Shown here piece after piece: positions 13,196-26,379 of a stretch of DNA of 64,000 nt; the stretch's first letter is position 1, and each line of letters opens with the position of its first letter. The notes beneath the pieces were generated by a model that saw only the letters and a program-made list of their open reading frames with translations, was not told where the DNA came from and searched no databases. The DNA is taken from the NCBI RefSeq assembly GCF_009914755.1, contig NC_060926.1. The stretch is one strand, 5' to 3'. The translations under genes were made by a program, and so were the position numbers. The DNA comes from the human T2T-CHM13v2.0 reference genome, Homo sapiens.

Positions 13196-14100
13196 TGTGT
13201 CAGTTCCCAACACACCCCTAGGTTCAATGATTCAATAGGAAGACCCAGAATCTAGCATAGGGTTTTACTCACGATGATGATTTATACAAAATGATACGAA
13301 GCAAAATCACCACAAGGAAGAAGTGTACAGGGTAAAAAGTCCAGGGGAACCAGGTGCGAGCTTCAAGAATCCACTCCCAGGGAGTGGCACAGGGACTGAA
13401 TTCCCCCAGCAATGAGTTGTGACCACTGCTACGAACTGAATGTGTCTCCATCCCCACTCACAGGTTGAGATCCTTCCTAATCCTTAATGTGATGGTATTA
13501 GGAAGTGAGGCCTTGGGAAGTGATTAGGTCACGTGAGTGGAGCCCTCATGAATGGGATTAGCGCCTTTGTAAGAAGAGATGTTGTGGAGATGATTTCTCT
13601 CTGCAATAACACCATGTGTGGAACCAGCAAGAAGGCTCCGTCTCTGAATCAGGAAGAGAGGCCAAACTGACCAGCGCCTGCTCTCTAACGTCTCACCTCC
13701 AGAACCATGAGAGAGAAATTTCTGTTGTTTAACACATCCAGTCTATGGTATTTCTTATAGCAGCCAGAAATAATGGAGACAACAACACAAATGAAATTTT
13801 GCCAACCAGGGAAGCTTTTGAGAGACTCAGTACTCAGTGTTTCTATTTGAAACTGGTCATGTCAGCAGTCTCTGCCTGGCATGTACTAAAATTCCAGACT
13901 CTCGGAAGGAAAGCAAGTATCCAGCATAAACCACATTTCTTGCATAAACAGCACACACATAGTGAACCACGCTTATCAGTTAGAGGGGTGGGAACCTTCC
14001 CAAAAAATCCAAGTTCCCAGACATCAGCCAAGGGCCAGTCTTATAAGCAGGCCTTCCTGAGGATAAGCAGTCAAGCTGGCGGTGTTGTCTTTTCTGCCCG
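13196..14100 (-). mobile_element. ERVL solo LTR (MER68/MER77-like), interrupted by MLT1A
   Basis: CCAAGTTCCCAGACATCAGCCAAGGGCCA...GCAGGCCTT... resembles the recalled reverse consensus; the two halves rejoin across 13427-13781. Confidence 0.65.
13427..13781 (+). mobile_element. MLT1A-type MaLR solo LTR nested in the ERVL LTR
   Basis: TGCTACGAACTGAATGTGT...GCCCTCATGAATGGGATTAG...TATAGCAGCC...GAGACA; 5-bp TSD ACCAC/ACAAC. Confidence 0.8.
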
Positions 14101-14547
14101 GATACCATATATGCACAAATTCAAAGTATCACATTACTTTGTAATCATTTCCCCATGCCAGACTGATGTGGGGAATTTACATCTGGTTATGCTAAAAATG
14201 TTATTGATTCTTTTTTTATTTCCTCTCTTATGTCTGCTCAGGACTACATAAAATGCAAGAAGAATACAAATCATCTAATAACATGCAATTCAGTAAAGGA
14301 CAGCTTTTAAAAAGCATTTAAGAAACTTTTATGTTAAGTAATTTTGTTTAAGAACTACAAAAAATTAACAACTTTATCACTAATGAAAGTTTTACTGCTT
14401 TCAACATGAGGCTGGACTTTTTGATAGGCAGATCAAGATTTAGACACGTTTTAATGTATTTTTTCAAGCCAATCAAATGGGTATGGGGCCAGCTGTTTTG
14501 AATCTTTAAACAGTATGAATGTTAAGTTTCTTATATGGCCAGTTTTT

Positions 14548-14627
14548 TTTTTTTTTTTGAGATGGAGTCTCACTCTGTCGTCCAGGCTGGAGTGCAGTCG
14601 CGTGATCTCGGCTCACTGCAAGCTCTG
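14548..14627 (-). mobile_element. Heavily 5'-truncated AluY (~80 bp with tail)
   Basis: Minus strand CAGAGCTTGCAGTGAGCCGAGATC...GAGACTCCATCTC(A)n; 15-bp TSD ATATGGCCA(A/G)TTTTT at 14533-14547 and 14628-14642. Confidence 0.9.
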
Positions 14628-14652
14628 ATATGGCCAATTTTTACAAATGAGC
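14570..14652 (-). CDS. ST6GAL2: Alternative terminal exon of ST6GAL2 partly derived from an Alu; encodes (G)SFVKIGHIRACSEPRSRDCTPAWTTE*, 466-aa isoform
   Basis: Acceptor CATATAG|GCTCA at 14653/14652, branch-like TACTAAT at 14685-14691, phase matches the exon ending at 31504; TGA at 14570-14572. I recall a short ST6GAL2 isoform with this tail (unverified). Confidence 0.75.
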
Positions 14653-17084
14653 CTATATGAGGGATTCATTTGAAGAAAATAAGTATTAGTATTTTCTAGG
14701 CAATTGTGACTCAAGAGGCATTCATTTGCTGAACTGTATGCTTTTAAACATCATATAACGCAAGATAATTATTAAACCATTTAAAAAGCATTTCTACTGG
14801 TTTTGATAAAATGTCATGTTATATGATTCAGCATAATAAGCAGAATGGGCACTTATTTATTTGCTCCAAAACCTGAATAAAAGGCAAACTTTAACACATG
14901 TTCAGATTATCACAAATTCTAGATGACTGAGGTTTCCTTTATACATCTTTAATTGGCATATATAGATATATTTGATGTGTTATCAGAGTCTAGTATAATC
15001 ATTTAGCATTTAGCTTAATTGTGGTTATGCCAAAACTATCTTGTTTTCCACTTGGCAGAATATTTAAAATAACATCCCAAATCATTGAGAAAAACAAAAT
15101 TTTCTCCTTGATGAAAATAGCCTTTCATTAAATAGCAAAATGAGCTCTGGATATAAAACAGAACATAATACAAGTAACAGGAAAACTACCAGTTTAAATC
15201 AATTCTAATAAACACTTGAACATAACTCACACATGAAGTAAATTAGCAGTTTCTAAGAGTCACCAATAGAACACTGCAGAACACTTTTCCGAATGAGGGG
15301 TGAGGGTGAAAGGCTAAGTGTATTAAATATGCCAGACTAACAGAACTCTAGGAGCTGTTTTGTGGTTTCTCCTTAAATTCAATCATAAAATGGAAAATAA
15401 TGACAGCTACACTTGAGATTCTTAAAGAGATAAAAGTGACTTTTTAAGTGGTAGTTCTAGAAAATATTTGTAACTAAAAGATGGTTTGGAAATTTGAACC
15501 TGATGTAATTTAAGAAGACTCTACCACCCTAAACAAAATAGTATAATGCAAGAATAATACTGGAAGGTCAATTTTTAGCTCATTTACACTGCATTATTTG
15601 TTGTTATCACACACTCAGGATTCATTATTTACAGGAAAATACAAAAAGTTGTTCCTAACCAACAAAACTGTGACACATTTGACACGATCCTAAATATAGA
15701 TGTTAAGTAGCTTATTATTTTGTGTTAATGTTCTGAGTTTGGGTGACACATTAAAAAATGAGATTCCAAAAGCCAATATAAAATGGAAAAGAAAGAAGTT
15801 ATGATGTGTTTTTAAGCCTATTATTCTTGTGCATCTATAAATTGGCCTGAAATTACAGTGTTTGCACCTGTAAGCTTCAGAAATATTAGTTACAATATTA
15901 CGAGTAGTGTTTGCGTTCAAAAAAAAAAAAAAAGGCAAGGTGGGGGTGTTGCTGGCTTCTGCAATAAAAAGAATTGGCAATTGTACCTTAAAAAGGAGTT
16001 CCACGTCTATGTGTATGTTGGGCAGAGGCCCTGGCTACAAGGCCTGTCTGCCTGTTAACACTCAGGCTGGGAGCCGGGGTGGGTGAGGCTGGTGCCTGCT
16101 GGTGTGCCTGGATGCCCTACTGCATGCAGGTGGCAAACCCATCCAGCTGTGCATGAAGACCCCAGGTGAGATCACTCACCTATAAAAATATGTCATTACG
16201 TGGGCAAAATAGAAGCTACAGGACTCCAAGTAAATTATTCCTTATCCTCAGTCAGGCACAGTCAAAATGACTTCATTGCACTGAATAACAAGATAAAATC
16301 TCTAGTATCTGACTAGGGATGAAAGAGAGAAATGCTCTTCATATGTGAACAAGTAGCTCCCAATGGGCTGAGTGTAAGGAAGCTAATGAGATGGAGAAGT
16401 TGTTCCAAAGAAACGAGTCCTTATGGATCATCTAAATTACCCTGATTCATGTTACATCTTTTTAGTTTTAAAAATACATGTGCAGTCCAATAATAGGTGT
16501 ATGAATTCCTTTATTGCTTCTCTAGAGAAGGAGATAGTACATGTAACACAATCCAATATATCTACTAGTGTACTTTCTTCTGTGAACCCAGAGGACAAAT
16601 ATGGAGTCTAATTAGAAACTCAACTACATAATTCTTGGGAAAGCAATATGTCAGCTCTTATCAATAATCACCAGAATGCCATACCCTTTGCACTGGCACT
16701 AATACTCCTGGGAATTTATCTTAAGGAAATAGTTTAAAGAAAAGTCTATATAGTCACTTACTGCACATAATTTGTATGAGTACATACATAGAGTAATGAC
16801 TTGTCAACATAATTGTTTGATAATATCAAGCACTCTGAAACAACCAGAATATCAACAACTAAACAAAGGCATATATTATGATACACCTGTTTGATGTAAT
16901 TATATGATCTCTGTAATAGCAAGGAAAACAAAAGTCTATTTTCACCTTGATTATAGGTCTTAATGAAAGAACAGTCCTTTTCTGTTTGGGAAAGAGTCTT
17001 ATTTGACCTATTATACATTTTCAGATGACACGCATTACAATAACAGCAAATAGTAAACATTAGTTATTGTGTTTAGGCACATGA

Positions 17085-17245
17085 TAATTCAAAGCTAAAG
17101 GTACTATCAGTATCTTCATTTTACAGATGAAGGAACTGGGGTTTGGAGATGCTAAGTAACTTGTTCAAGGTCATATAGCTACTCAGTGGTAGGGCCAAGA
17201 CTTGATTCTGGTCTCTGTAGAATCTAAGGTCTTAGCCACAGTGCA
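17085..17245 (-). mobile_element. MIR
   Basis: CATTTTACAGATGAAGGAACTGG...AAGTAACTTGTTCAAGGTCA core. Confidence 0.75.
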
Positions 17246-18081
17246 CACATAAAGTGACAGGCCAGGAGGGTGGCCACCCTTCTACATATGAGACCAGTTA
17301 AATCAAAGGTGAGAGTCTATAAGATGACATCAATCACAGCCTCCCATTCATTCATTTGTTTTTTCAATCAGGGAACACCATGCACTGTGCTGTGCTGCTT
17401 CACAGTGAGGGAGCCTTGTTCATTACAACAACGTTAAAATCTGGATGTGCTCAAGATTTGGAAGGGTATACACTAAAATAAAGTCAGGATGGCAGTACCA
17501 GAAAAGGAGGTGGAGTTATTTGGTGTTTTTAAAATTGTATAAACATTTAGTTATATTACTATTTTGCTTCTTTTTATAAGGACTGCAAAGTTCTAGGAGA
17601 TTATCCCAAAAGTTGCAAAGAAAAACTAATAAAGTAAGGCAGAGTCATTCTCTTCCTTAAGGTTTGGTGAAAGCTTTGGACACATACTTATGTGAGGATA
17701 AATAGTAATTCTAAACCTCCTCAGCCTTACATACGTTAATAAAATGGGATTTGTTAAAAAGCTAGTCAGGTTTTTACTGAATTCCAAGAAATAATCTTGA
17801 TACTAAAAGTCAAAACATATTTGCAAAGTTATGGTTTAAGTGTTTTGAAAAATAATTATCAATAATTGATATGCAACTTTGACTCAGGTTTCCATGATTA
17901 ATTGCAGTAAATAGTCAACTCTAATAATGATTCTTCAGAATATTTTGTGAGGTGGAGTTGCTCAGTAATAACAAAAACCTGATGTTAAAAACACAGAAAA
18001 CAAGATTTAAAAATATTAATTTAGAAATTTGAGAGGGCTAACTTCAGTACACATTAGTTTTAAAACCTTAATAAGGATATA

Positions 18082-21000
18082 GGGAGGCAGAGCAAGATGG
18101 CCGAATAGAAGCCTCCACCAATTAATTGTCCTGCCAGCAGGAACACCAAAGTCAACAACTATCCACACAAAAAAAGCATCTTCGTAAGAACCAAAAACCA
18201 GGCGAGTGATCACAGTACCTGGTTTTAATTTTCTATCACTGAAAGGAGCACTGAAGAGAGTCGGAAACTCAGTCTTACCTTGCCAACACCGTGCCTCCTC
18301 CATCCCCCAGCAGGGAGGAGAATCTGTGCACTTGTGGGGAGGGAAAGTGCAGTGACTGGGAGACTTTGCAATGGAACTCGGGGCTGCCCTGTTACAGCAG
18401 AAAGCAACACCGGGCAGAACTCAGCCAGAACCTATGGAAGGAGCATTTAGACCAGCCCTGGCCAAAGGCAAATCATCCATCCCAGTGGTCACAACCTGAG
18501 TTCTGGCAAGCCTCGCCACCAGGGGCTAAAGTGCTCCTGTGTCCTAAATAAACATCAACGGCAGTCTAGGCCACAAGGACTTCCATTCCTGGGCATGTCC
18601 TAGTGCTGTGCTGGGCTCAGAGCCAGTGGACTTGGAGGCATGTGACCTGGCGAGACACAAGCTAGGGCAGCCAAGGGAGTGCTTGCACCACTCTTCCCCC
18701 AACTCCAGGCAGCACAGGCTGCACCTCTGGAAGAGACTCCTTCCTTCCTTGTCAGGAGAGGAGAGAGAAGAGTAAAGAGAACTTTGTCTTGCAACTTGGA
18801 TACCAGCTCAGCCACAGTAGGATAGGGCACCAGATAGAGTCCTGAGGCCCCCATTCCAGGCCCTAGCTCCTGGCTGACATTTCTAGACACATCTGAGCCA
18901 GAAGGGAACCTGCTTCATGGAGAGAAGGACTCAGTCCTGGCAGGATCCATCATCTGCTGACTAAAGAGCTGCTGGGTCTTGAATAATTAGCAGTGGTACT
19001 CAGGCAGTACTCACTGTGGGCCTTGGGTGAGACTCAGAGCCATGTTGGCTTCAGGTGACACTCAGCATTTTCCCAGTGGTGGTGGCTACAGGGAGGGACT
19101 CCCGCTTGAAAAAAGGAAAAAGAGGAGTAAAGGGCACTTTGTCTTGCAGCAAAGGTACCAGCTTGGGCAAAGTGGGTTAGAGCACCAAGCAGGCTCCTGG
19201 GGTGCCAGATTCCAGGCGTTGGCTCTCACACAGCACTTCTTGACCTGCCCTGGGCCAGAGGGGAGCCCCCTGCCTTGAAAGGAGAATCCCAGGTCTGGTA
19301 GCATTTACCATAAGCTGACTGAAGAGTCCTTGGGCCTTAAATGTACATTGGTGGAAGCCAGGCAATACTCACTGTGAGCCTGGGCTAGTAGTGGCCATGG
19401 GAGACACCCCTCTGCTGTGAAAAGGGGAAAGAACAGTGGGGAGGACTCTGTCTTGTGCCTTGGGTGCCAGGTCAGCTGCACTAAATACAATACCAGGTAG
19501 AATCCTAAGTTTCCGACTCTAGGCCCTGGCTCCCAGATGGCATCTCAAGACCCACCTGGGGCCAGGGGGAACTCACTAGCCTGAAGGGAAGGACACAAGC
19601 TGGCTGGCTTCATCATTTGCTGATTGTAGAGCCCTAGGACATTGAGTGAACATAGGCAGTAGCCAGGCAGTGGTTACCATGGTCCTTAGGTGAGAGCCAG
19701 TGCTATGCTGGCTTCAAAACTTATCCAGTACAGTCCCAGTGATGGTGGTCACAGAGGTGCTTTTGTCCCCCCTTCCCCACTCTAGGCAGCTCAGCACAGA
19801 GGGAAAGACTCTGTTTGTTTGAGAGAAAGTGAGGGAAGAGAACAAGTCTCTGACTGGCAATCCAGAGAATTCATCTGGATCTTATCCAAGACCACCAAGG
19901 CAGTACCTCTACAAGTCTGCAAGGGCCACAGTGTTACTGGGCTTGGGGTGCCCCTTAATGCAGATACAGCTGAAGTGACCAAAAACTTAGATCATAATAC
20001 CATACTCAACTCCTTTCAAAAACCTAGAAAGCCTTCTCAAAAAGGTTAGATACAAACAAGCCCAGACTGTGAAGACTACAATAATACCTAACACTTGAAT
20101 GCCCAGACACCAGAAAACATCCACAAGCCTCAAAACCATCCAGGAAAATGACCTCATCAAACAAATTAAATAGGGCATCAGTGACCAATCCCACAGAGAC
20201 AGAGATATGTGACCTTTGAACAGAAAATTCAAAATAGCTGTTTTGAAGAAACTCAGTGAAATTCAAGATAACAGAAAGAAGAAATTCAGAATCCTATCAG
20301 ATAAATTTAACAAAGAGATTGAAATAATCAAATACAATCAGGCAGAAATTCCAGAGTTGAAAAATGCAATTGACATACCAAGGAATGCATCAGGGTCTCT
20401 TAATAGCAAAATTATTCAAGCAGAAGAAAGAATTCGTGAGCTTGAAGACAAGCTATTTGAAAATATATAGTCAGAAGGGACAAAAGTAAAAAGAATAAGA
20501 AAGAATAAAGTACACCTGCAGGATCTAGAAAATAGCCTCAAAAGGACAAACCTAAGAGCTATTTGTCTTAAAGAGGAGGTAGAGCAAGATATAGGGGTAG
20601 AAGGTTTATTCAAAGGGATAATAACAGAAAACTTCCAAAACCTAGAGAAATATACCAATATTCAAGTACAAGATTATAGAACACCAAGCAGATTTAACTT
20701 GAAAAAGAATACCTCAAGAAATTTAATAACCAAACTACCAAAGGTCAAGGATAAAGAAAGGATCCTAAAAGCAGCAAGAGAAAAAAAAAACAAATATTAA
20801 TAACATACAATGGAGCTCCAATATGTTTGGTAGCAGACTTCTCAGTGGAAACCTTACAGGCCAGGAGAGAGTGGCATGACATATTTAAAGTGCAGAAGGA
20901 AAAACAAATACACTTTTATCCTAGAATAGTATATCCAGCAAAAATATCCTTCAAACATAAAGGAGAAATGAAGACTTTCCAAGACACACAAAAACTGAGC

Positions 21001-24000
21001 GATTTCAACAAAACTAGATATATCCAACAAGAAATGATAAAGGGAATTCTTCAATCTGAAAGAAAAGAATGTTAATGAGCAATAAGAAATCTGAAGGTAC
21101 AAAAGGTACTCACTATATTAAGTACATAGAATATTATAATAATTATAGCCTGTAAACTATTCATATCTTGAGTAGAAAGACTGAAAAATGATCAAACATA
21201 ATAACTATAACAACTTTTCAAGATACAGACATTAAAAAAAGATATAAAGAGAAACAACAAAAACTTAAAAAGTGGGAGGACGACACAAATGTAGAATTTT
21301 TATTGGTTTTCTCTTTATTTATGCAATTGGTTTAAAATAATGAATTGAAGATATTATTTGCCAACCTCATGGTAACCTCAAATTGAAAAACACACAACAG
21401 GTACACAAAAAGTAAAAAGCAAGAAATTAAAATACCACCAGAGAAAATCACTTTCACTAAAAGGAAGACAAGAAGGAAGGAAAGAAGAAAGAGGAGACTG
21501 CAAAAGAATCAGAAAACAACAAAATGGCAGGAGTAAGTCCTTACTTATCAATAGTAACACTGAATGTAAATGGCCTGAACTCTCCAGTCAAAAGACACAG
21601 AGTGGCTGAATGGATAACAAAACAAGACCCAATGATCTATTGCCTACAAGAAACACACTTCACCAATAAAGAGACACATAGACTGAAAATAAGGAGATAG
21701 AAAAAGACATTCCATGCTAATGGAACCCACCTCCCAACTAAAAGCAGGGGTAGCTACACTTGTATCAGATAAAATAGACTTCCAGCCAAAAACCTATAAA
21801 AAAAAGACAAAGTAGGTCATTATATAATGATAAAGGGGTCAATTTAGCAAGAAGATATAGCAATTGTAAATATATTTTGGACCCAACACTGGAGAACTCA
21901 GATCCATAAAGCAAATATTACTAGAGCTAAAGAGAGAGCTAGACCCCAAAATAATAAAGGCTGGAGACTTTAACACCCCACTTTCAGCATTGGACAGGTC
22001 ATACAGACAGAAAATCAACAAAGAAACATTAGACTTAATCTGTATCACAGACCAAATGGACCTATAATTATTTACAAAACATTTCATCCAATGGCTGCAG
22101 AATACACATTCTTTTCCTCAGCACCTGGGTAATTCTCAAGGGTAGACCATATGTTAGGCCACAAAACAAGTCTTAAAAAATTTGAAAAAACTGAAATTGT
22201 ATCAAGTGTATTCTCTGACTACCATGGAATAAAACTAGAATTAACAAGAGGAATTTTGGAATTAAAAAGACGAATTTTGGAAACTATATAAACACATGAA
22301 AATAAAATGGTATGTTCCTGAATGACCAGTGGTCCAGTGAAAAAATTTAGAAAAAAAATTTAAAAGTTCCTTGAAACAAATGATAGTGAAAACACAACAT
22401 ACCAAAACCTATGAGATAAAGCAAAAGTAGTACCAAGAGGAAAGTTTATAGCTATAAGCATCTACATAAAAAAGTAGAACAACTTCAAGTAAACAACCAA
22501 ATGATGTATCTTTAAAAAGCAGAAAAGCAAGAGCAAACCAAAACCAAAATTAGTAGAAACAATAGAGATCAAGCAAAATAAATGAAATTGAAATGAAGAA
22601 AATGATACAAAGGTCAATGGAACATAAAGTTGGCTTTTTGAAAAGATAAACAAAATTGAAAAATATTTAGCCAGATAAAGATAAAAAGAAAGAAGACCCA
22701 GATAAATAAAGTTAGAGATGAAAAAGGAGACATAATACAACTGATGTCACAAAAATCCAAAGGGTCATTAGAGGCTACTATGAGCAACTATAATAGTATA
22801 TATTAAATTGTATATATATTAATAGTATATAATAAATTGGAAAACCTAGAAAAAATTAATACATTCCTAGACACATACAATCTAGTAAGATTGAGTTATA
22901 AAGAAATCCAAAACCTGAACAGACCAGTAACAATTAATGAGATCAAAACTGTAATAAAGTTTCCCAGCAAAGAAAAGTCCAGGATTCAATGGCTTTACTG
23001 CTGAATTTTACCAAACATTTAAAGAAGAACTAATACCAATCTTACTCAAACCATTCTGAAAAATAAAGGAGGAGGGAATACTTCCAACCTCATTCTACAA
23101 GCCGTCCTGATACCAAAACCAGACAAAGACACATCAAAAAAGAAAACTATGGGCCAATATCTTTGATTAATATTGATTTTAAAAAATCCTCAATAAAATA
23201 CTAGTAAATTGAATTCAACGACACATTAAAAAACCATTCATCACAACCAAGTGGGATTTATCCCTGGGATGCAACGATGGTTCAACATATGCAAATCAAT
23301 CAATGTGATACATTAACAAAATGAAGGACAAAAAACATATAATCATTTCAACCGATGCTGAAAAAGCATTTGAAAAAATTCAACATCATTTCATGATAAA
23401 AACCTTCAAAATAGTGGGAATAAAAGGAACATAATTCAACACAATAAAAGCCATATATGACAGACCCATAGCTAGTTTCATACTGAATGGAGAAAAATTG
23501 AAAACTTTTCCTCTAAGATCTGGAATATGGCAAGGATGCCCACTTTCATCACTGTTATTCAACATAGCACTGAAAGTCCTAGCTAGAGCAATCAGAGAAG
23601 AGAAAGAAGTAAAGGGCATCTAAATTCGAATGGAAGCAGTCAAATGATCCTTGTTTGCAGACAACATGATCTTATATTTGAAAAAACCTAAAGACTCCGC
23701 CAAAAAACTATTAGAACTGATAAACATTCAGTAAAGTTGCAGGATACAAAATCAACATACAAAAATCAGTAGCATTTCTATATGCCAACAATGAACAATC
23801 TGAAAAAGAAATCAAGAAGGTAATCCCATTTACAATAACTACAAATAAAATACATGGGAATTAACCAAAGAAGTGAAAGATCTCGATAATGAAAATTATA
23901 AAACATCCATGAAAGAAGTTGAAGAGGCCACAAAAATATGGAAATATATTCCATGTTCATGGATTGGAAGAATCAATACTGTTCAAATGTCCATACTACT

Positions 24001-24193
24001 CAAAGCAATCCACAGATTAAATACAATCCCTATCAAAATACCAATGACATTCTTCACAGAAACAGAAAAAAAATCTTAAAATTTATATGTAATCACAAAA
24101 GACCCATTCAATAGAATGACCCAGAGTAGCCAAAACTATCCTGAGTGAAAAGAACAAAACTGGGGAAATCACATGACCTGACTTCAAATTATA
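18082..24193 (+). mobile_element. Old LINE-1 (L1M1/L1MA-type 5' end) with 5' UTR, decayed ORF1 and ORF2; 3' end missing
   Basis: Starts GGGAGGCAGAGCAAGATGGCCGAATAG; ORF1 remnants (FKIAVLKKLSEIQDN, ADFSVETLQARREW); ORF2 from ATGGCAGGAGTAAG at 21524, RT motif LFADNM near 23651, [12 protein letters not shown]; many stops and frameshifts. Confidence 0.93.
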
Positions 24194-24230
24194 CTAGGTT
24201 GGTACAAAAGTAATTGTGGTTTTTGCCATT
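24194..24230. mobile_element. Half MADE1 (Hsmar1-derived MITE, one arm)
   Basis: CTAGGTTGGTACAAAAGTAATTGTGGTTTTTGCCATT matches the mariner/MADE1 terminus after a TA. Confidence 0.8.
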
Positions 24231-24865
24231 TTTGCCATGCAGTTTCTCCATTAATAAGAATCTTATTAATATTGAAGTAAGCTTGTAATGAAAGCATAGT
24301 TTAATTTCATATTAAAATGTATTTATATTATGTCAATAATGTAATTGTTCGCATGTTTTAGAATTCATTTATTGTAAGGAAAACAGAATCATTGTTATCT
24401 TTGATAAACTTTCTATGTACGTAAATTGCAAACTTCTGAAATCAGGTGTTTTTCCAACAATAAAATACTTTTGGTGAAGAGGTTCTTAGAGTTTGCTTTC
24501 TTCAATGCTAGGTCAATGTGTTCTTCAAATTTTGAAACTTATTGTTCTTTCTCTTGAAGTGGAAAAGGAAGCCCTGTTATTTTCAGATAAAACAGGAAGA
24601 ATTTATTTGGTTGCAAACTAAGTATTTCTGTCCAAATCTGATTTTACTAGGAAATCTGATTTTCTTCTCCATAGGAAATAATGCACAGATCTTACAGCAC
24701 CAAAGAAAAAGCTCAGCCGTGCCTATGGGGTACTAGATCAATGACAATTCTGATGTCACAATATCTCCAGGCCTACTAACCAAGAAACATTCAGACTGGT
24801 GCACTGAACAGAAGTTGTTTCTATACTCCTTTTCCCTTTAACATTTATTGCTTTCCTTTTCCCAG

Positions 24866-24871
<6 letters not shown>

Positions 24872-24942
<71 letters not shown>

Positions 24943-24964
24943 TCGAGAGAGAGAGAGAGAGAGA
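24872..24964. repeat. Compound microsatellite (AC)27 followed by interrupted (AG)n
   Basis: Directly visible. Confidence 0.95.
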
Positions 24965-25097
24965 AAGATTTCCTAATCCAATAAGGCAAGAACACACGAT
25001 GTATGAGCCATCAAAGAGACTACTGGTACTGGGCTAGGGGTTGCTAATGAAAGTGCAAAAAGTATGTTATGCTTTTTGAGAGGAAGGTGTTGGCTGA

Positions 25098-25465
25098 ATG
25101 TCTTATTCCATTTGGGCTGCTGTTCCAAAATGCAATAAACTGGGTGGCTTATAAATGACAAGAATTTATTTCTCATAGTTTTAGGGGCCTGAAATTCCAA
25201 GAACAATATGCAGCAGATTCAATGTCTCGTGAGGACCCACTTACTGGTTCATTGATGGCCATCTTTCTGCTGTGTCTTCACACAGTGGAAGAGGCAAATG
25301 AGCTGTCTGGGGTCTCTTTTATAAGGGCACTAATCCTGTCCATGAGGGCAGCTCCACCTTCATGACCTAATCACCTCCCAATGGTCCCACCTCCTAATAA
25401 CATCACCTTGAGGGTTAGAATTTCAACATACAAATTTTACAGGGAGAAACATTCAAGTCGACCAC
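25098..25465 (-). mobile_element. MLT1A0-type MaLR solo LTR
   Basis: TGTCTTATTCCATTTGGGCTGCT...TTATAAGGGCACTAATCC...CATGACCTAATCACCTCCCA. Confidence 0.8.
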
Positions 25466-25789
25466 ACCAAATTGCATCTGCCCAAATGTTAGTGAGAGAA
25501 TGCCTTCCTGCAATCAATGACAGTTGGAACTTTGCTTGCTTTTTGCAAACTTATACCCCACTAATCAGTATATTCAAGAATCTGGGTCCCCACTTGATAG
25601 GAACAAACACAAATGCACTTTTAAGAAAAGGATTTACAGTTCACATTGTAATGTATGTCATTTCACAAGAAGTTTTAAGGACAAAAACTGAGTTCATTAG
25701 TAAAGCAAGTAAATTTTATAGTTATGTCTTCCAAAGAAACAAAAAGAATAATTGTATTTGTAGTTAAAACATCCAATAATGCTGGAATA

Positions 25790-26168
<379 letters not shown>

Positions 26169-26379
26169 TTAGTAATACATTACATTGTTTTAACTAAATA
26201 CAAATAAAAATAATTATCCCACTTGGGATTAAAGATTGCAATAAGTACATGATTAGTAGTTATTCAAGATTCCTGTGTCCTCTACTGAGCCAAATGCATA
26301 TCACCTTGCTGGTACCTCCATCAGTACGGAGCCTGTGGACTAGACTTCTAAAGTTCTTAAGATTCCAAAAAGCTGAAAG

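Noticed and set aside
20216-24079. L1 ORF1/ORF2 fragments as active genes
   Set aside because: Many stops and frameshifts, RT catalytic motif changed to FADN, 3' end missing.
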